Assembly: GCA_047495785.1 (NCBI GenBank)
Contig: JBLDXI010000042.1
Coordinates: forward strand, 1,426,001-1,490,000
Direction: 5' to 3'
DNA: 64,000 nucleotides
From: Lepidodermella squamata
Lineage: Eukaryota > Animalia > Gastrotricha
The position numbers and the translations under genes are program-made. How positions within the stretch are numbered: the stretch's first letter is position 1; the number at the start of each line of letters is the position of its first letter. A model generated the notes under the pieces. It made no database searches. It was not told the DNA's origin and saw only the letters and a list, made by a program, of their open reading frames with translations. Positions 37,601 through 49,444 of this stretch are shown in pieces.

Positions 37601-39610
37601 AGCAAATGAGCGATCCGACTTGGAGAAACATCGAACATGAGGCGAAAAATCTGGTACTCTGGCGGCTGGAATCAGAATAACACCGCATTTAATATATTTG
37701 TTGTACGCCTATAGAGGATCTAAGCTTCTACGGCAAAGGCTTAGCCTATACGGGATAAGCGATATTGTAAATTGTCATAGCGGCCAAACCGTGAGGGTCA
37801 CTATGGATCATCATATATCAATCGATTGCTGTAATCAAGGGTTATCGATTGGTGCCAAATCGAAGTCCACATTCAGGGTCATGTTTTGACCAAAAAACTC
37901 GAATTTTTCGAATTTTTTAAACTTTGAAGGCAAAAATCATATTTCCAAAAGTTCCGCGCGCAATTCGATCTGGCACCAATCGATTGATATATGATGATCC
38001 ATAGCAGTGCTTCTCAAACTTCATTTTTCGGCCGCATGCGGCCCGCAGCCCGATTTTGTGCGGCCCGGAACTCAACTAGATAACTTGTATTGGTTGCGGC
38101 CCGCAAGCCTTGTTATCAATCATTTTTAAATAGCTTTAAGGTCCAAGCGATGCCCGGAAGTCCAACAATAGGGTTCCTATGAATCATCCATAATCTAATG
38201 CATTTTTAGCCCATTTTCGGGTTGAAAATGCCCAAAAAAGCGTCAGCCAAAGCTCGCGAATTGAATTTTAAGTAGCTTTTATGCCGCAAAATGTTTCAAA
38301 CAAAAATCCTGGCTACCCTTCCTTATTTACGCTTCATTTACGTTCATTTACGCTAATCAATTTTTTCAAATGCCCTCAAGGCCCGTTCTTGAACATTTGG
38401 CGTAAATAAATTTCAGTTATGATTCAGTAGTTTCTTTTTGCGATGAGTGGAAATAATTGCTAGCTTAAAAAAATTGCTCATAAAACTTGATACTTATTTG
38501 ATAATTCTTAATACATACTAAATACCTACTCATGAATGCCTAATTTTTGTTAATTGTTTTTTATTTCAAATTTCATTGCAATAAAATTAGCGACTAAACA
38601 GCAATTTATGTTGAACTTTGCCCACATTTTAAACATGTGGCCCGATGTGTTCTTAAAATACAGTGGTAGCGGCCTGCAAGGATGAAAAATGAGTTAGGAA
38701 ATGGCCCACCACGGAAAAAGGTTGAGAAGCACTGATCCATAGTGACCCTCACTGTTGGGCCAGTTTTTCAGTGGAATATAATGCTCTACCCGATAACTGT
38801 ATCAAGCCCCGGCGGCCCGAGTGCCGAGCTCCGGCCAACACATACGGACTCGGACCCCAACAATGCCACTTACCTTTGATTTTAGTAAGGCACTTGTTTA
38901 AGCTGGATCTCGCTGTCTTTTTAAGCTGAGAATTAAGAAAAAAAATTTTGGGGGAAATACAAAAAATGAAATCGATTTTCTCACCCATCCCGATGGACAT
39001 TTGCTTTCATAAGGGACACAGGTCTGCGCCGAACCATTGGTGCACTGCAAAGCCCGATTCTCCTGCAAAATTTCGGGTAAAATAAAAAACATGGCACAGA
39101 AGTAGAATAGGTACCATATATGGCCGTATTGTGTCGATGCAATCGTCATAACGGGGCTTGAACGTCAAACCCGTGAAATTTACGTGCTGTTGAGAAAACA
39201 ATTTACACATTGAATGATAGAATAAAACAAAAAAATACCGGAATTTCCTCCTTAGTACATGAAACGAGTTGGGGCAGGCATCTCAGAGTGAACAGCTTCG
39301 GATTGTAACAGCTATGGGCAGACTGAATTGAAAGCATTTATTAAATAATTTGCTTTAAAAAATAGAAATATTCAAATTACGCCTTGCTTGCAACTCGCGA
39401 AATCCGGACGTGTTGGGCCCAACTATTACAAAGATAATATTACCGATGAATTGGTATGAATCAGAACCGCCTTACCTGGACTGCTTCAAACATGTCGCAT
39501 TCTTTTTTGCAGGCAGTGAATTCGTCGTTCCAACGCGATATACACCGCTTGTAGCAGTCGCCACGAGGAACGATTGCTGCCAGTATGAGAGCAGTTGATA
39601 ATAAATTCAT
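28696..39610 (-). CDS. Cluster gene C: secreted, 12 four-Cys modules + 2 LamG-like domains; three introns inflated by TEs
   Basis: ATG 39610 gives MNLLSTALILAAIVPRGDCYKRCISRWNDEF. Same exon series as A and B. Large introns at 29734-31676, about 34642-37552 and about 37667-38872. Ends EINCAIYSIPALK with TAA at 28696. Confidence 0.85.
33277..33405 (+). mobile_element. About 130-bp 3' stub of the same RTE family as 5198-7680
   Basis: acaaaaagcagaatcttcgactgtggggg...gtcccgaagagg plus a TAT tail aligns with the LINE 3' end (about 5198-5330, minus). Confidence 0.9.
34719..35656. mobile_element. hAT-like non-autonomous element
   Basis: CAGGGTT...AACCCTG termini, gtaaaaac subterminal repeats, 8-bp TSD ggtataat/ggtttaat. 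Confidence 0.75.
36708..37119. mobile_element. Tc1/pogo-like MITE
   Basis: TA then ccgtatttcatcaaataata ... tattaatcgatgaaatacgg; internal gctattattcgagggg repeats. Confidence 0.8.
37358..37393 (+). ncRNA. Minimal type I hammerhead ribozyme (Penelope-like element type)
   Basis: GGC CUGAAGA U GGAC AGUUGC GUCC GAA ACGU C GCC: full catalytic core, stem II GGAC/GUCC, stem I GGC/GCC, palindromic ACGU as stem III. Predicted cleavage after GUC at 37390. Confidence 0.8.
37782..38761. mobile_element. PIF/Harbinger-like MITE interrupted by a hAT MITE
   Basis: GGCC termini, long TIR gtgagggtcactatggatcatcatatatcaatcgatt, 3-bp flanks agc/agt. Confidence 0.75.
38005..38734. mobile_element. hAT (Charlie-like) MITE
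   Basis: TIR cagtgcttctcaa/ttgagaagcactg, perfect 8-bp TSD atccatag (37997-38004, 38735-38742), gcggcccg subterminal repeats. Confidence 0.92.
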
Positions 39611-40299
39611 TCTAAATAAATTACCCGGTTTAAAAAAAATGAATGAAATGAGAAGAAATAAATGAAGCCGTTGATTTTCCACCGACATTTTTTATAACGT
39701 GGCGTCTTGAAATCGCGTGTGAAAAAAAATCACATTTGAAAGTGATGATGTCATTACCCACCGACGCTGCTCTTTTCGATGTGTTTCTTATCAGGGTCCA
39801 GCAACTTTTGAACTATTGTAATCGCATTGAAAAATATGTTTTTCTTAATTATAAATTTGGCCGAAAAAAAGCATATCTCATAAATTCTTGGGAAAAAATA
39901 TCAGAAAATCAGGCATTTTTTGACGGCCATAATGTACCAAACCCTGTCGCGCGAATCGGCTTCGTTATCAGGAAAATCAATATCGAAAAATCGATTATTT
40001 GTACCCTGCAAAACTGTGTTGCGTAATCATGACTCATTGCTCACACGAAGAAAAAACAAGCTGTGAGAAATTTTAATGTAAATGCGTATCAACAACACAC
40101 TTGAAATTCAACCCCTTAGCATGTGCCAGGAGCTCAGAGGACATTTTTCAATAATCATCGGTTGAAGATTTTCTGTTTGAAATCTTTCTTTAGGAATCCC
40201 ACTTGACAACTCTATAGTTTGAATCCTCCTTAATTTCAAAACCAGTGAAATTTCATATTTTTGGCTGTAAGTTTTCGACATTTTTTTGAGGCTTTAAAA

Positions 40300-40756
40300 C
40301 CTGACTTCATGAAAAAACCGAATGATGCGAACATGCCAACGATTTCGTGGCAAGCCTTGCCGTCACCCAGAAGGGCGAGGAACTGCACACCCACTCTGAT
40401 CTTGCAACCAGGAATTTCAATGCCGTTGAGACAAAGGTCACGCATCGCTTCCAGAAAATCGGACAGAACAACACGCCAAGGATTGTCGCCGCCAAACTTG
40501 AATTCTCTCGCGTTAGCTATGGCTAGCGGCACGTGCGAAGTGATTCGCGAACGGATATACTGCCAGAGGTTAGAAGGTTGCCATTGAATTATTCGCATCA
40601 AGTTGCTTCCGCGACGGGCACAGCGTGGAAAGTATCGCCAGGGACGCCAGGGACGACGAGGGTAGTACCAGGGACGCGTCCCTGGTAGGTTTAGGAGTCG
40701 AGGCGTCCCAACCAGGGACGCCGTAGTACCTGGTAGGTTAGCATTTTCCAGAGGTG
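40300..40756 (-). mobile_element. CMC/EnSpm-like transposase fragment next to a CAC terminus
   Basis: LEAMRDLCLNGIEI...LALLGDGKACHEIVGMFASF resembles the GDNLxxHxIxGFxxSF motif. ccagggacg repeats at 40637-40735; terminus CACCTCTGG at 40756. Confidence 0.55.
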
Positions 40757-42199
40757 GAATTGGGGCGGTTTGGGTTGGTGTACATATATGGGGTGCGGTG
40801 TGGGTCATGGTTTGGTGCGGGTTGGAATGGGTTGGGTTGCGGTTAACCCATATGGGTTGCGGGTTATTTAACCCACATTATCAATTTTTGATATTAAAAG
40901 GGCTGTCATGTTTTAAAACATCGGCAAATACTCTGCTAAACACAGCGAAGCCATTTACGTTTCCCTATCAATTCCAATAATTTGAAAGTTACACATAACG
41001 ACCAACAAAGCGCAATTACATTTTGTTTGCTATTGAAATTCATTCATTCGCTTGAACTCATGTTTTTGCTTCGGCGGATTGTTTTCTGTGATACATTATT
41101 CAACGACAAATGCTGTGCCTGAATCGCTCACCGGCATTGAAGCGGTCTAGGCAGCAGCGAATAAGCCAAAACAGTCGAAAATAGTGAAATATTGAATAGA
41201 TCTGAGTTTCGCCAACATTTGACGGCGGGTGAATCTCATTTAGTTTTTTTTTGACGTAGAATCCCATTTTGCTAAATTTTCTGCTAAGTTCTAATTACAC
41301 CTGCCATATATGGCGGCATTTGGTGTTTGACATTCAACCCATGCGATTTTATTCACACCTCTTTTGTGTCAAGTCGAGCATAGCTTACCATCCGCCAAGA
41401 TTTTTGTTTTGAAAATGCCGTTCTGATTTCAACCCAAATTTCATGAAAATTTGGAGGATAACAGATGGAATGATTATAATGGATAACAGATAATCATTTG
41501 GTAATAAATTCATCCGGAACTGACGCCTTACGGAATCGAAAATATGATTATCCAATTCGATGTTATGTGACGAATGGCCCCTGCCCCGTTGACTAGACCT
41601 GCGTCTCATGGGATGAGCAAGATATACTAGTATTACTTGCCACTACAATTCAGCGGATAGCCTAGCTTAGGTAGTCACCAGGATCACCTGAGGAGCTTTA
41701 TTAGAAATACGGTGTGTTTAATTGTTCGGTTCGGAGTTTTAACCAAGTACCACAAGTACTATTGCTCCAAGGGAATCACCAGTGAGCTCAAAACGGTACT
41801 TATATACTGGAACATATCTCGATCCGCGATAAAAATGCTATCAAAACTTTTATTTATGAATCTATCAGGGATTCAGCTTCATTTTTTATTATTAATATGG
41901 CTAAATTGTTCCAAGAATTTTTGTAAATTTCAAAGGTAATTCTGAGAATGCCGGGGGAACCCCCGTACTGCCACCGTTTGTGTCGTGGAAATCTTTGTAT
42001 GCCGCCATTGTGCATGCACCATAGTATGCACTCATGCAATCACACCAAGCACATCGTGAAATGGCACAATGCGATTGTACTGCCATGTGCAAACCATGGC
42101 TACACAGCGCTTCACAGCCCATATAATATAGAGTCATTCCAACCACTCCATCCACTTGAACCTTCAGGTAAAACTTCGTACACGGACGGAGAAGAGTAC

Positions 42200-42490
42200 C
42201 CGCGCATCTTGTTTCGCGATTATTGGTATACATGGCGCACAGAGAGAACTTCCTTCCAGCGCAGGAGATACGAACCAAACCGTTGCCAACCGCCTCGCCC
42301 TTCCTGCCGTCGCCAACAGTGAATTTTCAATCAGGAACGTGAGCAATAAAGTTGTGAAGGACAGCTCGATCAGAATCCATGTGATTTACCGCAGCTTTTT
42401 CTGGCCGCTTGCCGATGTAAAAATAGCAAGTTTTACGAGAGTGAAACTGCGGCAAAGTGATATTGCGCAAGTGAGTACGGAGACCACCTG
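42200..42490 (-). mobile_element. Degenerate Ty1/copia gag-protease fragment
   Basis: AVNHMDSDRAVLHNF...*KFTVGDGRKGEAVGNGLVRI resembles the copia HMxxD...VGDGxxxxAxGxGxV region; it contains a stop. Confidence 0.5.
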
Positions 42491-42495
42491 TCATA

Positions 42496-42677
42496 TCGTT
42501 AGCGCCTTTGAATAACTCGGATTTAGGCTTGTTTGCATCCATTTCAAGGTGATAGGTGACAAGTAAAAAGCTGTCTTTTAACATGAATGAGAAGAGGCAA
42601 AAACAAAAGACTTTTTACTTTTTACTTGTCACCTATCACCTTGAAATGGATGCAAACAAGCCTAACGACGCTAACGA
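42496..42677. mobile_element. Second copy of the 27540-27728 MITE
   Basis: tcgttagcg...gaataactcggattt terminus and the same core; the right TIR has a small deletion. Confidence 0.85.
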
Positions 42678-43614
42678 AATGTATGAACCAGTGGTTCTCA
42701 AACCCTGGCACGCAGAGGGTTTTGATTTTTGACTGCGTATGCTAACCGTGCCCCAAGAAGTGAGAAGAACCGTTTTATTCTCATTTTGAGAAGTGTTTGG
42801 GCGTATTTTGGGGTAAAAACCCAAAATGTCCTCCCTTCGCTCGTTCAATTTGTTCGAATTTCACTAACGTAAAGTTCACAAATGCGGAAATTCATCCCCT
42901 CCAGCTCGGCTAGACAGGACAAGAAAATGAGAAATTAGACAGATGTTTCAGCAGAAAACCTTTCTCGCTTTGCTCGCCCATGACGAACAAGAGTTTTGTG
43001 AGCGGCAGCTTTGGCATCGAAATCGTCGACGATAAACTCGAAAAGAACAGCGGGTGTTTCGATGGTTTCGGATTGCAGAATGTCAACGGGAGATTAGAGT
43101 TGGCTTGAAGTTGCCCTTTTTACCGTGTTTTTCTGGCCATTACCGAGCATTCTGCATGCTTTAATAAGCTCTCATAAAACCGAATTTGCCGTGATTTGAA
43201 TTCGCCACGTTTTACGAGCTCGCTCGAAACAAAACAACCGCGTTTTTACGAATTAGCATTACTCGGTGGTCGGAAGTAGGTGTTACTTAACGCGTGATAT
43301 GATTCGAGGCCGCAAGCTTTATGCGTGAAAGAAATCCCGAACAACGGCGCCGCCGTTAGTTTGGAAGGAGTTGGACAATTTTGAACTGATGCAAATTCAG
43401 GGTGGTCTCATTCACGCTTCAAGTTGGGTCGAGGAAAACGTCGACGAAGTCTCATTTAATTGAACCGAGCCTAATTCTTATTACCCTTCTCCCGTCGACG
43501 TCGGTGCCATATAGTGTCAAAACAACAGAAGTGTATCGTCGCCTCATCAAGTATCTCGTCATACGACTGAAACTAACTGATAATGAAGTAACACGTAACA
43601 CCTCTTCCACATAT

Positions 43615-43724
43615 TATGAGACGCACGCCGAAAAAGAGCCGATATTGAAATTTATCTTTTTTTGAAAGGGGCATCAGATGACGCTTGAAATAATATCGAC
43701 TCTTTTCTTGGCGTTCGTCTCATA
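43615..43724. repeat. About 110-bp mini inverted-repeat element
   Basis: tatgagacgcacgccgaaaaagagccgatatt versus aatatcgactcttttcttggcgttcgtctcata. Confidence 0.6.
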
Positions 43725-44699
43725 TCGATAACTCGTTTTTCAGTGGTAATTCTACTCATAAATAACAAAAAATGTCTACATTAATGAACTGTTTACTGTT
43801 TTAATGTTTAGGAATGTAATGTCAAATTGGTTCCCCCGGCGCTACTGTAGCAGCTTTGCTGCTGCTGTTGCCAATTTGAATGCCGTATTTTCTGAACCCC
43901 CACCCCCTCTCGTTTAGTGCCCTGCCTCGTTTAAAAGCCTAGATATATCTGATTTTTAATAAATGGAGCCCTACCATGAATAGTAACCTGGGCGCATAGT
44001 ACGCGAAGATTAAACCCTCTTCGCTGCCCTAGCGCGCATGCTAACAGGTGAAAAAAGCCCCTTAAGCTCCTAGAGGTCCAGTCTACACTCGAGATGCGGA
44101 TGTTGCGCTGTTATCTGACCGCATGAGATGAGAGGCTGGAATAAATCGATTAAAGCTTCATTACTCGCCGCGCCGCTGGTGCTATTGGCGCCTCCTGTTT
44201 CTATTTCCGGGTTATATAGCCTAGTTTTTGTTGGTTTTCATATGGCTTCAATTTTGCATAACCTCGGGTTGGTTCAGCTTAAAATAGCTAAACATCTTTA
44301 GGTTCTAATAAATTATAATCTTTTCTCAGATATCAGACTAAAATCACGCATGAAAAACTATTAGGGCGCCGATATTTATAAACCTCTAACTTCAAACTCA
44401 AAACATATTTGTAGCTGAAATCGTCGTTGGTTCGGCTAAAAGTCCTATCTCTGTAAAACCGGAGGGTCGAATGGCGCCGGCTAGATTAGAATGAATTCAT
44501 GAATACCTAGCCATAAGTAAGATTCCTCTCATAGATTTGGCGAAAACTGAACATCTTCGCTCTTAGATCAATAAACTCTTCTCATTAAGATGAAATCCGA
44601 AATGTGCCGAACTTCGTAAACTGGGGATATCAACTATCAGTCTCTATACTGTGGAGATCATCCCCTAAACTTCAAAACTAGTTCGATGTTCGATCCCGT

Positions 44700-46296
44700 T
44701 AGAATTATTTTCCTGGCAATGCCGAGAGTGTTTAAGCAATGCTATGCCTCGCACGAAGACGATTATGAAATTGAATCTTTCAACAGTTCAACCTACCTGC
44801 CGAGACGGAACGATGACGTATCTGTTGCTGGGTACTGTCCATTACCTAAAACCAATGATTTGAAGTTACCATCGCATCCGAGTTGGACGACTTTGCTAAC
44901 AGCATCGAACGTCAACACGTAGAAGTGCCGCGGAATAGTAGTAGAGCCACTGGGTACAGAGCACGATGTAGAGAGTGTACTACCAGAGGCTAGCCCAAAA
45001 TCGGCAACGAATGTGGTCGCATCGTTGAGCTTGAGAAGCAAGCCGATGTTCGCTCGCGCCGAGTCAGAGAATTCGAGATACGGAGCCGGTGTGCTTTCGG
45101 GCTTTGCGAAGAAGCTAAGCGTGAAGGATTGCAGGCCGAAATTAAACTTGCTAGCCGTCATTCGAATCTCATTGATGTTTGTCAGGTAGATTACCTTTGT
45201 TATCGACTCCAAATACACTGGTTCTTGGTACGAACGGTGTTTGGCTATAGTAACCGAAGTTAGCGGGGCTATGATGTCGTACTGAGTGGGAAATACGCGA
45301 TGTGCCCGCTGATGACCTTCCTGCTGATATCCCCAGGCACTACGGGTTTGCCGGCATGAAGCTGGTGGCACTTCCTTCGAGGGGTGGGGAACTGCTTAGG
45401 AGTGATGATAGATTTGTAAACGGAGAAGCAAGTTGGGTAGCGGATAAGCGCCGGGCTACTTGAAAATCGTTGTGCCAGCACAATCGACCCAACTTCATTG
45501 GTTGGAGCAGCTACTGTTTGCTGACTATAGCTTACCGCGCTGTCACAGAAAGGTACCAGCGTATTTGTCGACTTTTCGTGGTAAACACCGACAAAACGCC
45601 ATTGATTATCGCTGGGAGGGCAGGTTGTCTGTATCGATGGCAAATTAACTGCTAAAAAATGTTCATATAAAATTAGTTCAAGTGTTGAATAGAATATTGA
45701 AAGGCTATTTGATTATTAAAATTGATGTGTATGCAAGCTCTAAAACACGTAGGATTAGAAATATAAATAGGTAAGTAAACTAAATAAAATGGCATAGAAA
45801 TAAATTACCATATAAGGCCGAATTGTGTCGATGCAAACATCGTAACGAGGCTTGAACGTCGACCCCGTGAAATTTACGTGCTGTTAGGAAAAAAATTACA
45901 TAATATTTCGATTGATAAAAAACAGAAAAATACCGGAATTTTCTCCTTGGAGCATGAAACGAGTTGGGGCAGGCAACTCAGAGTGAATAGCCTCGGGTCG
46001 TAACAGCTATGGGCAGACTGAATTCAAAGTATTAATTAAAATGAATTGCTTTCCCATTTTTTTTAATTATTTACGCCTTGCCTGCAGCTCTCGAAATCCG
46101 GATGTGTTCCAATCTACCGAGAAAATGTTCCGGGTGTTTTTATTGATCATAGCCGTCTTACCTGAATTTCTTCGAATAGGTCGCATTCTTCTTTGCAGGC
46201 GGTGAATTGGTCGTTCCATCGTGAAATGCACCGCTTATAGCAGTCACCACATCCGAAAACAGTAGCAAGAATAAAACAAGCTGATAATAAATCCAT
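44700..46296 (-). pseudogene. Cluster gene D: internally deleted, frameshifted paralog
   Basis: Four 5' exons are very similar to gene C (MDLLSACFILATVFGCGDCYKRCISRWNDQF...IRPYM). They are followed directly by the large LamG exon (acceptor near 45652) with incompatible intron phase. Frameshift near 45280; the last exon is decayed. Confidence 0.8.
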
Positions 46297-46411
46297 ACTA
46301 TAATATTTGGTTCAAGGCCATTTATATTCAAAATAATTCAGATTGAAAGTCAAACCTGTTTTAATCAGGAATTATTTTTAATCCTCAAAAACAGGGCTTT
46401 TTCCAAAATTA

Positions 46412-47060
46412 CCGTCATTCGGGGCTATCGCAGGATACGGGAATATTCGGTGAAAAGTTTGTTCAATTAGTAGATTGAGGCTTACTCAAAAACTATAAAG
46501 TCAAAGTCGATAAATTTTTGCAGTGAGCTACCTCGATAGATGACACTTATTCTATCAAAAGTATGAGTTCAAAGAGTAAACGGTTCTGAAGCTGCAGGCT
46601 CACCTTTTAGGTGTAAGTTTAACTAAAAAAAACCCTGTGTTGCCTTGAATTACCTGGACCGGAATAGATCATTGCAAGGCTCTTGACCAATTTCTTCTGA
46701 ATCTACAGACGCTTAGGACCTTTGGAAAATTTGAAACTCCCCGATCTGATGCATACTTTTGTCAAATTAATTGAAACCGAATAGCCTCATCGAAAAGCGA
46801 AGTTGAATGGTAATTCTTTTAACATAATTGATTATTCTAATGAGCTGCGTAGTTAATATGTTTCTCGGTAAATTAGACTTTGAATTTAAGAGGCTTGATA
46901 AACTTGCGATTAGGCTTATCGGGTGACAGGTTGATACTGCATTTAATAGCCTATTCGGAATACGGTTGCCATTCGAATCAGAACACTTGGAAAAGTGTAA
47001 AAAAAACAAAAAAACCAGGGGGTCATTTTTTTACGCAAACCGAGTAACCCCAAATGACGG
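46412..47060. mobile_element. Tc1/mariner-pogo-like MITE with TA TSD
   Basis: TA ccgtcattcgggg ... ccccaaatgacgg TA. The empty site is visible in the duplicate flank at 49701-49715. Confidence 0.88.
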
Positions 47061-47599
47061 TACCTACCATGTACGGTATATACTTCTATTAAGGGTGTGC
47101 CAAACCCAAGTTTAGGGTTCCAGCACTAAATTTGAGACTCCAGCACTAGATTTACCCTGAATATGGTTTATCGAATTTCTTCTCCACTAGAATCTCACAT
47201 TTTTTGTTATCATGTCTAACCAATAGATCTTCACATTACGCGTATTTCGCGCGATGAGCGGTCAGTATATAAAGAATTATGCTTCATCCTATAGAGCCGA
47301 TATCGATTTCAAGTATCGATTTCACAAATCAGTGATTTTCCCGATATCAGCCTTCTTGGAACCCAACCTCGATAATTTTTCTACGTAATTAGGGTACCAG
47401 GTAGCTAAAATAAATAATCCTAGGATCGGGAAGGGCATTAGTATCGATCGAAAACCGACAACGCCGAAATCGCAAAGAATCTAAAAAATTTATTGCCAGG
47501 ACGCTTAAATTTAGTGCTGGAACCTCAGTTTTAGTGGTGGAAATATATTTGACCAAATGAATCAGTTTTATTTTTCGTCCTCCGTAGGCATATGATGTT

Positions 47600-49270
47600 A
47601 ATATTAGAGAGTAGAAAAAAGGCCTTACCCGTGAGGGTTTAGGGGACGGCTGACGACAGGCGATCGGCTTCAGGGGCCGACAGATCGGTCGCGAACAACC
47701 TGCTTTTGCCCAACAATTCATAATTTTCGATGCTATTACACACTAATTGCCATTCATCCCGATCTCTGGCAGTTATTTCCGCTAATTCTAGATCCGCAGT
47801 TTTGTGAATTTCAGTGCGTCGCATTAACAGGGTCGACTTACGAGGTCTCCCGCGTCTAGCTGGCTCATTTGGGTTTTTAATATATTTCACATGAATTTCG
47901 AACAAACCAATTTTAAGAAGACTCCTTTTCAAGCTATCGGTCCAGCGGGTTGGCGGTTTACCGCGAGGCAAGCACCAACTCGGGTCGACCGCTTTCCAAT
48001 GATATATGGCATTCGTGAGACTTTCAGTGTCATACTCGTCTTGGCGAATAATGTGACCGAAATATTTCAAACGATGCTTTTCAATCATTTTACTTAATTC
48101 CAAAACGTCACAGATCAATCTAATATCGATGTTAGGTATATAATCTGTTCTAAAAATCCCATAATGGTTTTAAGCCAGCGCATGAAAGTGACATTTAACC
48201 TTTGTTCCTGCTTAGTAGTTAGGTTCCAGGTTTCACAGGCGTAGGTGACGGTAGGAATTACCACACATTTTAAAACTTTCAATTTTGTGGCTAGGCTTAT
48301 ATGTTTTCTGTTACACATCAGCTTGTTAAGAGCACCAAAACAGCTGCCAGCTTTCGCCAGGCGAGCTTTGATTTCCTCATCCATTTTACCGTCTGATGTG
48401 ATTATACTACCTAAATATTTAAAAGATGTAACTTTCTCCAGTAATTTTCCATCTAGTTCCAGTTGATAATTGTTATCCTCACCGATCACCATATACTGGG
48501 TTTTGCTAACACTGATTTCAGACCAAGCTCCTGGCAGGCCTTGTTGAAGACATCAAGTAGTAATTTAATTTCCTCGTGGCTCATACCAATTAAAGTGCCG
48601 TCATCCGCAAATGCTATCAGCCGAGACGGGCGGCCGCCACGGCCCTTGGTGACATTCGTAAATTGTTTGTCAATTTCTCCCAGTTCCGGTTGTTCCACAA
48701 TCCGAGTCATCCTTGAAATGTACCTAGCCTGTTCTTCGTTCTTGGACTTGTCATAAACGGAGGCACCCCGGATGTCGAGGTTCTCTTTATTCGGCTGTTT
48801 GTCGACGTATTCGACGAGAATTTTGTTCACTTCCACCATATGGGCAGGCACGAAGTGTTTGACCTTATAGTATTTGTTTGTTTTGTTTTTTCGCACAGCG
48901 GCTGCTGTCTCCGAAAGTAGCTTAACCTTAACCGTCGATTTTCCCAGCGGCTCGACCCGGTCGTAGGTATCGAAGAGTTCAGCCAAAATGTCTCGAACTT
49001 TAGACTGGTCGGCATCCGGTGGTATGCCTGATACCACAACCCAGAGTCGTGCAGCCGATGACTTTTCCACACCATGTGAAGCCGCTGACTGAAGTCTTCT
49101 ACTCGGTTGATTGCTGCTTCTAAACCATTTTCAATTACCTCGCCGTGTATTTGCTGAAGTGTCGCTATCCACTCGAAGTAGGATGTCCAGTCGGCGTTGA
49201 CGTTTTCGTCTCGAAGACTTTTGCCGAACACCAAAAGCAACTCTGCGACTTGAGAGAACTTCGTTTTCAT
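47600..49270 (-). mobile_element. Degenerate LINE: ORF1-like region joined directly to the RT C-terminal half
   Basis: 47639-48620 is homologous to the RTE at 5296-6280 (LIAFADDGTLIGM, FKYLGS, ATKLKVL, RLKYFGHI) with frameshifts. Upstream, VVVSGIPPDADQSKVRDILAELF looks RRM-like. Confidence 0.75.
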
Positions 49271-49369
49271 TTAATTTATTTTGTTTAAAAAACCTCAGAA
49301 AAAAACCTCAGAAAATATATTTGGACCCCATTAATATTAATAATGCCGGAATGGAAATGGAAATGGAAA

Positions 49370-49444
49370 AAGCCGGCCGTTGATCGTCTTGGTCTCGATG
49401 ACGAAGAAGGCGTGCCACTTGACCTGGTCGTTGATGATGGCGAA
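49370..49444 (+). mobile_element. Short remnant of the MULE transposase acidic tail
   Basis: KPAVDRLGLDDEEGVPLDLVVDDGE versus KPAVDRLGLDDEEGVALDVVIEDGE at 58116-58190. Confidence 0.85.

Noticed and set aside
41948-42515. His/Cys-rich plus-strand ORFs
   Set aside because: No domain pattern; the opposite strand is better explained as a copia remnant.
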